A stretch of DNA of 64,000 nt from Rhodospirillaceae bacterium (lineage in GTDB: Bacteria > Pseudomonadota > Alphaproteobacteria > Rhodospirillales > Casp-alpha2). Location: the NCBI GenBank assembly GCA_038125725.1, contig JAYPEK010000007.1, positions 52,139 to 116,138 of the forward strand. Reading direction: 5' to 3'. The position numbers were made by a program, and so were the translations under genes. The notes under the pieces were generated by a model that did no database searches, was not told where the DNA came from, and worked only from the letters and a program-made list of their open reading frames with translations. Positions 27,050 to 35,859 of this stretch are shown here, piece by piece. Position 1 is the first letter of the stretch. Each line of letters starts with the position of its first letter.

Positions 27050-28018
27050 ATGCCGAAAGGACTGATTCACGCATTGCTGCTCGACGGCACGGGCGCCGCC
27101 AGGCGTCTGGATCAGGCCGAGTTCGAGCACTGGACGCCGGAAACGGGCATCCTTTGGGCGCATTTCGACATTACCGAACCGGACGCCAGCGCCTGGATCC
27201 GCGAACACGCAGGCATCCACGCCTACGCCGCCGAGGCGCTGCTGGCCGAGAACACCCGCCCGCGCATGATCGAAACCGAAAGCGGCACGGTCCTGTTCCT
27301 GCGCGGCGTCAATTTGAACCCCGGCGCCGACCCGGAAGACATGGTCGGCATTCGGGTGCTGGTCTCCGATAACAGGGTGCTGACCATGCGGCTGCGGCGG
27401 CTGCTGGCGGTGAAGGACATCGAGGAAGCGCTGGATGCCGGCACCGGCCCGAAGACCGCCGCCGGCGTCGTGGTGCGCCTGGCCGAGCGGCTGACGGTGC
27501 GCATGGAACCGGTGCTGGCGGAACTGGAAGACCGGGTCGGCGTCTTCGAGGACGCGGTGTTTGCCAAGGACGGCGGCGGTGAGAAGCTTGACATCGGCGA
27601 GGTCCGCACAGAGGTGATCTTGCTGCGCCGCTACCTGAAGCCGCAGCGCGACGCGGTGACGGCGCTGCATACAGACGCCAAGACCGGCTTCGCCAAGCAT
27701 CAGCGCGAACAATTGACCGAGGCCGTCGACCGCCTGACGCGCTATGTGGAAAACCTGGACGCCCTGCATGAGCGCCTGAGCGTGTTGCACGATGAATACC
27801 GCTACCTGCAGAACGAGCGCATGAACCGCACCATGTACCTGTTGACCGTGGTCGCCGCGATCCTGCTGCCGCCGAGCCTCATTGCCGGGCTGTTGGGCGC
27901 CAACGTCGGCGGCATACCCGGTGCCGACAAGGCCTGGGCCTTCTTGGCCATGGTCGGCGGCATCGGCGCCTTGGCCGTGTTCGAATACTGGCTGCTGAAG
28001 CGCCTGAAGTGGATCTGA
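27050..28018 (+). CDS. CorA-family divalent metal transporter (ZntB-like)
   Basis: MPKGLIHALLLDG... N-terminus like ZntB. Two C-terminal TM helices with a GANVGGIPG motif (a GxN variant). An alternative start at 27011 is possible. Confidence 0.75.
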   Translation: MPKGLIHALLLDGTGAARRLDQAEFEHWTPETGILWAHFDITEPDASAWIREHAGIHAYAAEALLAENTRPRMIETESGTVLFLRGVNLNPGADPEDMVGIRVLVSDNRVLTMRLRRLLAVKDIEEALDAGTGPKTAAGVVVRLAERLTVRMEPVLAELEDRVGVFEDAVFAKDGGGEKLDIGEVRTEVILLRRYLKPQRDAVTALHTDAKTGFAKHQREQLTEAVDRLTRYVENLDALHERLSVLHDEYRYLQNERMNRTMYLLTVVAAILLPPSLIAGLLGANVGGIPGADKAWAFLAMVGGIGALAVFEYWLLKRLKWI

Positions 28019-30456
28019 TGCCGCGTCGCCTTGCCGTCTTTTTTGCTGCCGTCTTTGCGGTTCTGCTTATTGCGGGGCCATTGGCGAGTGCGCCCGACGG
28101 GCCGCCCAAGACCTTCACCGAAAAGCTCAACGGCTGGGAAAATGCGGTCAAGAAGGCGCAGAACCGGATCGAGCGCGGCCGCACGGCGACGGTCGAGGAA
28201 CGCGACCTGCGCCGGCGGCTGAAGGCCGTCATCGACGATGCGGCGGCGACGCGCGACGAATCGGAAGGGCAGGTGAAGCAGGTCCAGGGGCTGCTCGACG
28301 CGCTCGGCGTCAAGCCCGAGAACGGCCAGGAATCCCGAACCATCCAGTTGCGCCGCAAGGAGCTGGAAACGCAGTTGGCGGCACACGAAGGACGCGCCAA
28401 GCAGGCGAGCCTGATGATGGCGCGGGCCGAACAGCTGATGCGCGAGATCGGCCAGAAATCGCGCCAGCGGCTGAAGACCCTGCTGCTCGAGCGCCGGGTG
28501 TCGCCGCTCGGTTATTCCGCCTGGTCGACGGCTCTGCCGGAAGCCCTGCATCTGGCCGAGGTCAGCCTGGTAGAGGCGCCCAAGACCTGGTGGAACGATC
28601 TTCGCATTACCGCCGAGCGGCGCAACCTCTTGGGCCGCAGCCTCCTGATCGCTTTGGCGGTGGCGCTCGCCGCCTGGCTGGCGGGGCGCTGGATGCGCAG
28701 GCGCTACGGCCGCGTCAGCGGCATCGAGGCGCCGAGCTACGCGCGCCGCGTCATCGCCGGCGTGATCGAGGGGGCGGGACGCACGCTGGGGCCGATCGTG
28801 TTCATCGTGCTCGCCGCTGCCGCGGTGCGCGAGACCCACGTCACCGAGGGGCCGCTGCCGGCGCTGGTCTGGGCGGTGTCCAGAAGCCTGGTGCTGTTCC
28901 TGTTCGGCTATGCGCTAATCAATGCCGCGCTAACGTCGCGTCGCCAGCAATGGCGGTGGCTGAATTTCGACGCCGAGGCTTCGGCCACCCTGGTATTCCG
29001 CCTGAAGTTGACCTTGGCCGTGTTCCTGCTGTTCGAGGCCGTCTACCGCGCGATGGCCTGGGCCACCGTGTCGGAGGAATTGGAATCGGTCGGCTCGCTG
29101 GTGTTCACCGTGGTGATGGTGCCGCATTACATCTCGCTGATGGGCAGCCGCATCTGGAGCTTGGAGGCGCGCTCCGACACCGATGCCGACGAGGCGAGTC
29201 ACACGTCGCTTTCCAGGTTGCGCGCGGCGTTGACGGTCGGGCTGGTGGCGCTGCCGCTGACGGCGGCCATTGGCTATACCGGGCTCGCCGCCTATCTGGT
29301 GATCGCGGTCGGACTGACGGCGCTTCTGGTCAGTGGCCTGGCTCTGCTGCGCACCGCGGCGCGCGAGGCGTTGGCGGCGGCGCTCGATTCCGACTACCGC
29401 TTCGGACGCTGGGTGCAAGCGGTGCTGGTGCTGAACGCCGAGACCCGCGACAAGATCCTGTTCTGGCTCCGGGTGCTGCTCGACCTGGCGCTATTGGTGC
29501 TGGCGGGGCTCGCTTTGCTGCCGGTCTGGGGCTTCAGTGCCCAGGAGACGGCGCTCTCGGCGGCGCAGTTGATGAGCGGCATCCGCATCGGCTCCTATAC
29601 CCTGTCGCTCGCCGATATCGTCTTCGCGCTGCTGCTGTTCGTCGTCATCGTCTCGGTGACGCGCCTCGTGCAGCGCAGCCTCGACAAGCACTTGCTGCCC
29701 AACGTGTCGCAGGACCGGGGCGTGCGCGACGCGCTGAAGACCGGCGTCGGCTACATCGGCGTGGTCATCGCGGCACTGGTGGCCATCGGTGCACTCGGGC
29801 TCGACCTCACCAACCTGGCGCTGGTCGCCGGCGCGCTCTCGGTCGGTATCGGCTTCGGGCTGCAGAACGTCGTCAACAATTTCGTCTCCGGCCTGATCCT
29901 GCTGGTCGAGCGGCCGATCAAGCCGGGTGACTGGGTCGTCGTCGGCGCCAACGAAGGATTGGTGAAGAAGGTCAATGTGCGCTCCACCGAGATCGAGACC
30001 TTCCAGCGCGCTTCGGTGATCATTCCCAACGCCGATCTGATCGCCAATCCGGTGACCAACTGGACCCACAAGAACATCCTCGGCCGGGTCGAGGTGGCGA
30101 TCGGCGTCGCCTACGGCACGGATCCGCAAAAGGTCGAGGAAATCCTGCTCAGGTGCGCGGAGGAGCACGCCAATGTCGTGCGTTTTCCGAAACCCTTCGT
30201 GCTGTTCATGGATTTCGGCGATAGCGCCTTGATTTTCGAGGTTCGGGCTTTCCTGGCCGACGTGCAACGAAGGCTGCGGACGGCCTCCGATATCCGCTTC
30301 GCCATCGACGCCGAATTCAAGGCTGCCGGCATCGAGATTCCGTTCCCGCAGCGCGTCGTGCACATGGCGTCCCCAGCCGCGCCGCCGCCGGCCCAGCCCG
30401 CATCTGAATCCGAGCCCGAGCCCGAGCCCGAAGTCGAGCCGAAACCGGAAACTTGA
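28018..30456 (+). CDS. Large mechanosensitive channel, MscS superfamily (MscK/KefA-like)
   Basis: Signal-like N-terminus, a long coiled-coil periplasmic region, multiple TM helices and an MscS core (PIKPGDWVVVG...VNVRSTEIETF). The ATG at 28018 overlaps the upstream TGA (TGATG). Confidence 0.85.
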   Translation: MPRRLAVFFAAVFAVLLIAGPLASAPDGPPKTFTEKLNGWENAVKKAQNRIERGRTATVEERDLRRRLKAVIDDAAATRDESEGQVKQVQGLLDALGVKPENGQESRTIQLRRKELETQLAAHEGRAKQASLMMARAEQLMREIGQKSRQRLKTLLLERRVSPLGYSAWSTALPEALHLAEVSLVEAPKTWWNDLRITAERRNLLGRSLLIALAVALAAWLAGRWMRRRYGRVSGIEAPSYARRVIAGVIEGAGRTLGPIVFIVLAAAAVRETHVTEGPLPALVWAVSRSLVLFLFGYALINAALTSRRQQWRWLNFDAEASATLVFRLKLTLAVFLLFEAVYRAMAWATVSEELESVGSLVFTVVMVPHYISLMGSRIWSLEARSDTDADEASHTSLSRLRAALTVGLVALPLTAAIGYTGLAAYLVIAVGLTALLVSGLALLRTAAREALAAALDSDYRFGRWVQAVLVLNAETRDKILFWLRVLLDLALLVLAGLALLPVWGFSAQETALSAAQLMSGIRIGSYTLSLADIVFALLLFVVIVSVTRLVQRSLDKHLLPNVSQDRGVRDALKTGVGYIGVVIAALVAIGALGLDLTNLALVAGALSVGIGFGLQNVVNNFVSGLILLVERPIKPGDWVVVGANEGLVKKVNVRSTEIETFQRASVIIPNADLIANPVTNWTHKNILGRVEVAIGVAYGTDPQKVEEILLRCAEEHANVVRFPKPFVLFMDFGDSALIFEVRAFLADVQRRLRTASDIRFAIDAEFKAAGIEIPFPQRVVHMASPAAPPPAQPASESEPEPEPEVEPKPET

Positions 30457-30459
30457 GCT

Positions 30460-31335
30460 TCAGCCCCCGTTCTTGACCAACGCCATGGTGGCGCGCGCCA
30501 GTTCGCTTTCCGGATCGGCGAATTCCGCCAGGATGGTGAAGTGGTTGCAGCCCGCCGGCTCCAGGTAGCGGAGATCGCCGCCCTTGGCGTTCCAGGCGTT
30601 GACCAGGCTGCGCGACTGCCACTTGAAGGCGTCGCTCTCGCCGCCGCCCGGCACCACCAGCAATGGCATGGTGGGTGCCGTGGCGTGGTTGAGTGGGCTG
30701 TCGCGTTCGACTTCCTCGTCGGTGAGAGCGAGGGTCTCCTGCATGTAGCCGGCCTGGATCGGGGCCAGATCGTAGATACCGGAAAGCGCGATGCCGCCCT
30801 TCATCAGGTTCTTGGGGCCGCCGGTCTCGGCCGGCCAATCGGTCGCCGCCATCACCGCCGTCAGGTGGCCGCCGGCGGAATGGCCGGAGACGAAAATCCG
30901 CTCGCGGTCGATGCCGTAGTCGCCGGCATGGTCATGGAGCCATTGCGTCGCGGTGCGGCACTGGCGAATGACGTCGGCCATGCGGACGCTCGGGATCAGG
31001 TCATATTCGATCAGGGCGAAGGCGATGCCGGCGTCGGCATAGGCGCGCGCCAGGAAGGTCTGGTCGGAGATGTCGCGGCTCATCCAGTAGCCGCCGTGGA
31101 TATAGACCAAAAGCGGGTGCGGACCGGGGCCCTTGGGGAGCACGATGTCCATGATTTCGCGTTTCGACGTGCCATAGGCGACGCCCTGGTGGCTGGGGAA
31201 ATCGCGCATGACCTGGCCGCACATGGGCTGCCAGGCTTCGTACATCTGCATGTGTTCGGGCACCATGGCGCGGTTGTTGTACTGGGCATCCAGTTCCGGC
31301 GTGCCGATGGGCGGCTGCATGGGAAGTTCCAACAT
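30460..31335 (-). CDS. Alpha/beta hydrolase (esterase / arylformamidase-like)
   Basis: HGGYW oxyanion motif and GHSAGGHL nucleophile elbow. 291 aa. Confidence 0.8.
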   Translation of the reverse strand: MLELPMQPPIGTPELDAQYNNRAMVPEHMQMYEAWQPMCGQVMRDFPSHQGVAYGTSKREIMDIVLPKGPGPHPLLVYIHGGYWMSRDISDQTFLARAYADAGIAFALIEYDLIPSVRMADVIRQCRTATQWLHDHAGDYGIDRERIFVSGHSAGGHLTAVMAATDWPAETGGPKNLMKGGIALSGIYDLAPIQAGYMQETLALTDEEVERDSPLNHATAPTMPLLVVPGGGESDAFKWQSRSLVNAWNAKGGDLRYLEPAGCNHFTILAEFADPESELARATMALVKNGG

Positions 31336-31347
31336 CGTCTCGGCTCC

Positions 31348-31968
31348 TCAGCTCAGCGGGATCATGACGTGGTCGCGGTAGGCCGGGCGCGCACAGAGGC
31401 GCTCGTACCAGGCGCTGACGTTTGGCAGCGCCGGCCGTTCCACGTCCATGTTGAACCAGCGGTAGACGGCGCAGCCGATGGGAATGTCGCCGACCGACGG
31501 GATTTCGCCGAGGACGAAGCTCTTGCCCTGCAGGTGCTGGTCGAGCATGCCCCAGAGCCGGTTGGTGGCGACGATGTTGGCCTCCACGGCGGGCATGTCG
31601 CGTTCCGCCTCCGGCGTGCGGATCAGGCTGCGGAACACGAAGCCGAGCGGCGTGTGGATGGTGGTCAGGTACCAATCCATCCATTGGCTGGCCAGCGCGC
31701 GTTCGCCCGGCGTCGCCAGCGCCCAGTCGCCGGTGCCGTATTTGTCCGCCAGGTAGCGCACGATGGTGTTGGATTCCCACACCGTCAGTTCGCCGTCCTC
31801 CAGCGTCGGGATCAGGCCGTTGGGGTTCTTGGCCAGGTATTCGGGCGTGTCGTTGCCGCCGAACTGCAGGCCGATGTCGCGGCGGTCGACGTCGAGACTG
31901 AGCTCCGCCGCGCACCACATGACTTTCTGTACGTTGATGGAATTGTTTCTGCCGAGCACGCGAATCAT
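31348..31968 (-). CDS. Glutathione S-transferase
   Basis: 206-aa ORF with a GST N-terminal thioredoxin-like domain and a C-terminal helical domain (NPNGLIPTLEDGELTVWESNTIVRYL). Confidence 0.85.
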   Translation of the reverse strand: MIRVLGRNNSINVQKVMWCAAELSLDVDRRDIGLQFGGNDTPEYLAKNPNGLIPTLEDGELTVWESNTIVRYLADKYGTGDWALATPGERALASQWMDWYLTTIHTPLGFVFRSLIRTPEAERDMPAVEANIVATNRLWGMLDQHLQGKSFVLGEIPSVGDIPIGCAVYRWFNMDVERPALPNVSAWYERLCARPAYRDHVMIPLS

Positions 31969-32184
31969 GGCGGCGGACCTCCCGTTACTTCCTTTTATTT
32001 ATTCTAATTCAAGTCATTCATACCGATTAATACGGACCAATTGGTATGCATGTCGCAATCCGAGGATTATGTGGTATCAACGACTGTAACGATTGCTCAG
32101 CGCGGATAACAGCGATTTTGATTGGTTAATTCATAGTTGTCCCGCGCACATCGGTAGGCTTTCCCGATGTGCGTCTCCTGCCGA

Positions 32185-32218
32185 AGGGCCTGACCGGAAA
32201 CGGTCAGGTCCTTTTTTT
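32185..32218 (+). terminator. Strong Rho-independent terminator oriented on the + strand
   Basis: 11-bp stem GGGCCTGACCG/CGGTCAGGTCC with one G-U pair, a GAAA tetraloop and then T8 (32211..32218). No + strand CDS lies upstream. In the minus orientation there is no U-tract after the stem. Confidence 0.8.
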
Positions 32219-32243
32219 TGAGGCGTGCGCAAAGGTCGACGGC

Positions 32244-32948
32244 TTATTCCACCGGCGGCGCGAATTTGTATCCGCAGCCGACCACGGTTGAGATGTATTT
32301 GGGCGCGCGCGGGTTGGGTTCGATCTTCTTGCGGATGCGGCTGACCAGCACGTTGATCAGGCGTTCGGTGGGGGAATCGGCGTCGTGGCTGACGGCGTCG
32401 AGCAGATGGGTGCGGCTCAGCACCCGGTTGGGCGCCTTGAGCAGCGCCGCCAGCAGGTTGAACTCGGCCCGCGTGAATGTCACCGGCGCGCCCTCGGGGT
32501 CGCGCACCGAGCGGCTGTCGATCACGACCTCCCATCCGTCGAAGCGATAGGCCTCCTGCACCGGGCTACCGCCGTCACCGCCGTGTACGCGGCCGACGAG
32601 GTTGCGCACCCTGAGCACAAGTTCGTCGGGGTCGAAGGGTTTGGTCAGGTAGTCGTCGGCGCCGATCTCCAGCGCCGCCATGCGGTAGCTCTTTTCGCGC
32701 CGGGCGGTGATGACGATGATCGGCAGGCTGGAGCGCGCACGCACCTGGCGCGCCAATGAAAGACCGTCTTCGTCCGGCAGGTTGAGGTCGAGCAGTACCA
32801 AGTCGATGGGTTCGGAATCGATCGCCGCCAGCATCTCCTTGCCGGTGGTGGCGAGACTGACCTCGAAGCCGTCCCGGCGCAGATAGGCGCCCATCAGGCT
32901 CTGCACCAGTTCGTCGTCTTCCACCACGAGTAGATGTGGATCAGCCAT
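32244..32948 (-). CDS. OmpR/PhoB-family response regulator; no cognate histidine kinase is adjacent
   Basis: Receiver domain (LLVVEDD, DLVLLDLNLPDEDG, KPF) plus a winged-helix output domain (...YISTVVGCGYKF). Confidence 0.9.
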   Translation of the reverse strand: MADPHLLVVEDDELVQSLMGAYLRRDGFEVSLATTGKEMLAAIDSEPIDLVLLDLNLPDEDGLSLARQVRARSSLPIIVITARREKSYRMAALEIGADDYLTKPFDPDELVLRVRNLVGRVHGGDGGSPVQEAYRFDGWEVVIDSRSVRDPEGAPVTFTRAEFNLLAALLKAPNRVLSRTHLLDAVSHDADSPTERLINVLVSRIRKKIEPNPRAPKYISTVVGCGYKFAPPVE

Positions 32949-33132
32949 GGCCCGATCAGTATCCGCTTATCCCAGTCTGCGTCGATTCCCCAAATGTACA
33001 ACGGATTCGGCGGAACACCACATGCTAGTTGGGGGGTGGTCCATCCCGCCGACGGTGGTGTTCGTCAGGATCACGTCATGGTTGTCGGCTATGCAGGCAC
33101 CTGATTGTATCCCCCCGCGAAGGAAATCCCGC

Positions 33133-33441
33133 ATGGCCGCCGACCTATCGCCCCACGCCCACCTTCTGCCGTCGACCGGCAACGTCGTGCGCCTGCCGGA
33201 CGGTCTGGTGCTGGCGAGGTGCGGGTTCAGCCGCCAGCGGGACGATCTGGTCCTTGATGGGGATGATGGTATCCGCGTGGTATTGCGTCATTTCTATCTC
33301 GGCCGCAGGGCGCCGCAATTGCACGACACAAGGGGCGAGGTCCTCAGTGGCGATTTGGCGCGATTGCTGGCTGGGCTTTCCGCCTCCGCCGTGCGCGCCT
33401 TGATGAAACGCGGCCAGCGCCAGAGCGAGCGCTCGGCTTAA
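33133..33441 (+). CDS. Small hypothetical protein (102 aa) with a motif that, from memory, resembles RTX/T1SS substrates
   Basis: ATG at 33133 follows AAGGA. GC3 is high from this ATG onward but not upstream of it. Contains ...VVRLPDGLVLARCGFSRQRDDLVLDGDDGIRVVLRHFY... The stop overlaps the convergent TolC gene stop (TTAA). Confidence 0.45.
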   Translation: MAADLSPHAHLLPSTGNVVRLPDGLVLARCGFSRQRDDLVLDGDDGIRVVLRHFYLGRRAPQLHDTRGEVLSGDLARLLAGLSASAVRALMKRGQRQSERSA

Positions 33442-34757
33442 CCGGGCGATAGACCCAGGTTGGGCGTGTTCAGCCGTCCCATGGATCGCAGCAACTGATA
33501 GACCGCCAGACGCTCGTCGTAGGCGGCCGAGGTATAGTTGATCTGGGCGTTGGAGACCTCGTTCTCGGCGTCGAGCACGTTGATCACCGTTTCCTTGCCG
33601 GCTTCGCGTAGGCGCTTGCGCGATTCGAACACTTCGGACGCGATGTTGACGGCGTTTTCCAGCAGATACAACCGTTCGCGCGCCGTCAGCAGCGCCTGCC
33701 AGGCAAGGCGCGTCTGCTCGATGATGCGGCGCGCGGTGTGGTCGCGGTTGTCCTGGCTGGCGCGGTAGTCGTAGGTCGCCTGACTCAGCGACTCGCGTGT
33801 CGAAAAGCCGGTGAACAGGTCCCAGTTGGCGGTCAGCATCACCGAATAATCGCGCCGCGTGCCGATGGTCGCACCTGAGTGTTTCTCGTAGTTAACCTGT
33901 CCCTCCAGGTCGACGGTCGGCGCCAGCTCGGAACGCACGGTCTGGCGCCGCTGGCGCGCCACTTCGATGCTGGTGACGGCGCACGACGCCGCCGGGTTCT
34001 CGATCACCGCGATCTCGACGGCGCGATCCAGGGTGCTCGGGATCATCTCCACCGGCGGCACTGGGTCGGTCATGGCGTTGATGTCGGGTGCATGGCCGAA
34101 GGTCTGGATGTAGCGGCTGACGGCGTCGGACAGCGAGCCCTCGAAGTTGACGCGCCGCTCCTTGGCGATCTGCAGGCGCGATTTCGCCTGCAGCACGTCG
34201 ACGGCGACGCCGGATCCGCGCTGCACGCGTTCATCCTCGAGGTTGAGCTGGCGCTGGATGGTGGCCTCGTTGGCGGTGGCGAGTTCCACCAGGCGCTGCT
34301 GACGCAGCACGTCGATATAGGCATTGGCGCCGGAGAACAGCGTGTTCTGGCGGGTCGTCTCCAACTCGAACTGGGAAATTTCCTTGTTCAACCGAGCGGT
34401 GCGTACCTGTGAATCGGTCAAGAACCCGTTGAACAGGTTCTGCGAAACGGTGAGGTTGGCGGTATAGGGCGTGCGGCTCGAAGGTTTGCCGTTCTGGCCG
34501 TCGGAGGAATTGCGCTCGGCGGGGCTGTCGATCAATTCGTAGCCGGTGTCGGTGGTGGCCGAGACGGTCGGGTAGTAGCTCGACTTGGAGCGGTCGATTT
34601 CCTTGCGTGCCGATTCCAGCGATTTCATCGCCGAGCGGATCTGCGGATGGTCGTAGAGCAGGTTGGCGAGTTCCGATTCAAGCGTCGCGCCCATGGCCGG
34701 CGCGATGAGCGCTGCCAATAAAACTCCGCCGATGATGCCACGAATAATCTGCGCCAT
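33438..34757 (-). CDS. TolC-family outer membrane efflux / type I secretion protein
   Basis: 439 aa. It has a signal peptide and two tandem OEP repeats (YYPTVSATTDTGY..., LAPTVDLEGQVNY...). Confidence 0.88.
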   Translation of the reverse strand: MAQIIRGIIGGVLLAALIAPAMGATLESELANLLYDHPQIRSAMKSLESARKEIDRSKSSYYPTVSATTDTGYELIDSPAERNSSDGQNGKPSSRTPYTANLTVSQNLFNGFLTDSQVRTARLNKEISQFELETTRQNTLFSGANAYIDVLRQQRLVELATANEATIQRQLNLEDERVQRGSGVAVDVLQAKSRLQIAKERRVNFEGSLSDAVSRYIQTFGHAPDINAMTDPVPPVEMIPSTLDRAVEIAVIENPAASCAVTSIEVARQRRQTVRSELAPTVDLEGQVNYEKHSGATIGTRRDYSVMLTANWDLFTGFSTRESLSQATYDYRASQDNRDHTARRIIEQTRLAWQALLTARERLYLLENAVNIASEVFESRKRLREAGKETVINVLDAENEVSNAQINYTSAAYDERLAVYQLLRSMGRLNTPNLGLSPG

Positions 34758-34988
34758 GCCCGAAAAGAAACCGTAACGTATTGATTCTTAATAGAATAAG
34801 CGGAATGGACTCCGGCGTCAATCGACACGGGGTTTAATAAATTGTTTAAAAACAATGGATTAAAGCCTTCGCTTCGAAGCGGCCTCTAGATGAGCGCAGT
34901 TTTCGTTCACCCGAACCCCATATTTTGGGACTATGCGATTTGCCCGGCAAGTCGTTGACCGTTGCGGCGGAACGGGTATCCTGCCGGC

Positions 34989-35852
34989 ATGTCTTTGAAA
35001 ATTCAGCCTTTGCGCCCCGATTTCGGCGCCGAAATCACCGGCGTCGACATCACCACCGAATTGTCCGAAGCGGCGTTTCTCCCGATTCGCCGTGCGCTCG
35101 ACGATTACGGCCTGTTGTTCTTTCCCGCCCAGCCGATGGACGACGACCGGCAGGTCGCCTTCTCCGAATTGTTCGGCCCCCTGGAACGTACCGTCAGCAC
35201 CAATCCCGCCGGCGGCACGGCTTTCGCCCGCCAGTCCAACATCGACATCGCCACCGGCGAAAAGATCCCCATGGACGATCCGCGCATGGCCTACCAGAAG
35301 GGCAACTACCTTTGGCACGCGGACTCGACCTTCAAGACCGTTCCGTCGCTTTGTTCGCTGCTGAGCGCCCGCGAGGTGCCGCCCGAGGGCGGTGCGACCG
35401 AATTGGTCTCCACCGCCGCCGCCTATGACGCGCTCGACCCGGCGACCCAGGCGCGGATCGAGGGATTGGTGGTCGAGCACGATTTCGGCTATTCGCGCAG
35501 CCGCACGGATTTCCAGTTGAGCGCCGAACAGAAGGCGGAGATGCCTGCCGCGCGCCATCGGCTGGTGCAGGTCAATCCGGTGACCGGACGCAAATCGCTG
35601 ATGATCGGCGCGCACGCCAAGCAGATCGTCGGCTGGACGGTCGAGGACAGCCAGGAACTGCTCGATGCGCTATTGGCCGGCGCGACGGAGGCGGCTGCCG
35701 TCTACCGCCACGAATGGCGGACCGGCGATATCCTGATCTGGGACAACCGCTCCACCCTGCACCGGGCCACGCCCTACGATGCCGGGCGCCACCGCCGCGT
35801 CATGCAGCGCACCACTGTCTCCAATCCGGAAGCCGAAGTGTTATCCGCCTGA
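34989..35852 (+). CDS. TauD/TfdA-family Fe(II)/2-oxoglutarate dioxygenase
   Basis: ATG at 34989 (MSLKIQPLRPDFGAEITGVD...). It has the HxD motif (WHADSTF) and a C-terminal IWDNRSTLHRAT motif. Confidence 0.85.
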   Translation: MSLKIQPLRPDFGAEITGVDITTELSEAAFLPIRRALDDYGLLFFPAQPMDDDRQVAFSELFGPLERTVSTNPAGGTAFARQSNIDIATGEKIPMDDPRMAYQKGNYLWHADSTFKTVPSLCSLLSAREVPPEGGATELVSTAAAYDALDPATQARIEGLVVEHDFGYSRSRTDFQLSAEQKAEMPAARHRLVQVNPVTGRKSLMIGAHAKQIVGWTVEDSQELLDALLAGATEAAAVYRHEWRTGDILIWDNRSTLHRATPYDAGRHRRVMQRTTVSNPEAEVLSA

Positions 35853-35859
35853 ACCGGGA

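Noticed and set aside
30405-30453. GAGCCC-type tandem microrepeat
   Set aside because: It is in-frame within the C-terminus of the MscK-like gene and encodes an acidic EP tail. It is not a CRISPR array, a VNTR-like intergenic repeat or a mobile-element end.
32947-33132. Longer 164-aa version of the small ORF next to tolC
   Set aside because: The first 62 codons have poor third-position GC and no RBS. Coding-like codon usage begins at the ATG at 33133, which follows AAGGA.
34872-34883. 12-bp palindrome CGCTTCGAAGCG, plus small AT-rich inverted repeats upstream of tolC and tauD
   Set aside because: These are short palindromes with no U-tract and no clear relation to the OmpR-type regulator, which usually binds direct repeats. 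They could occur by chance.
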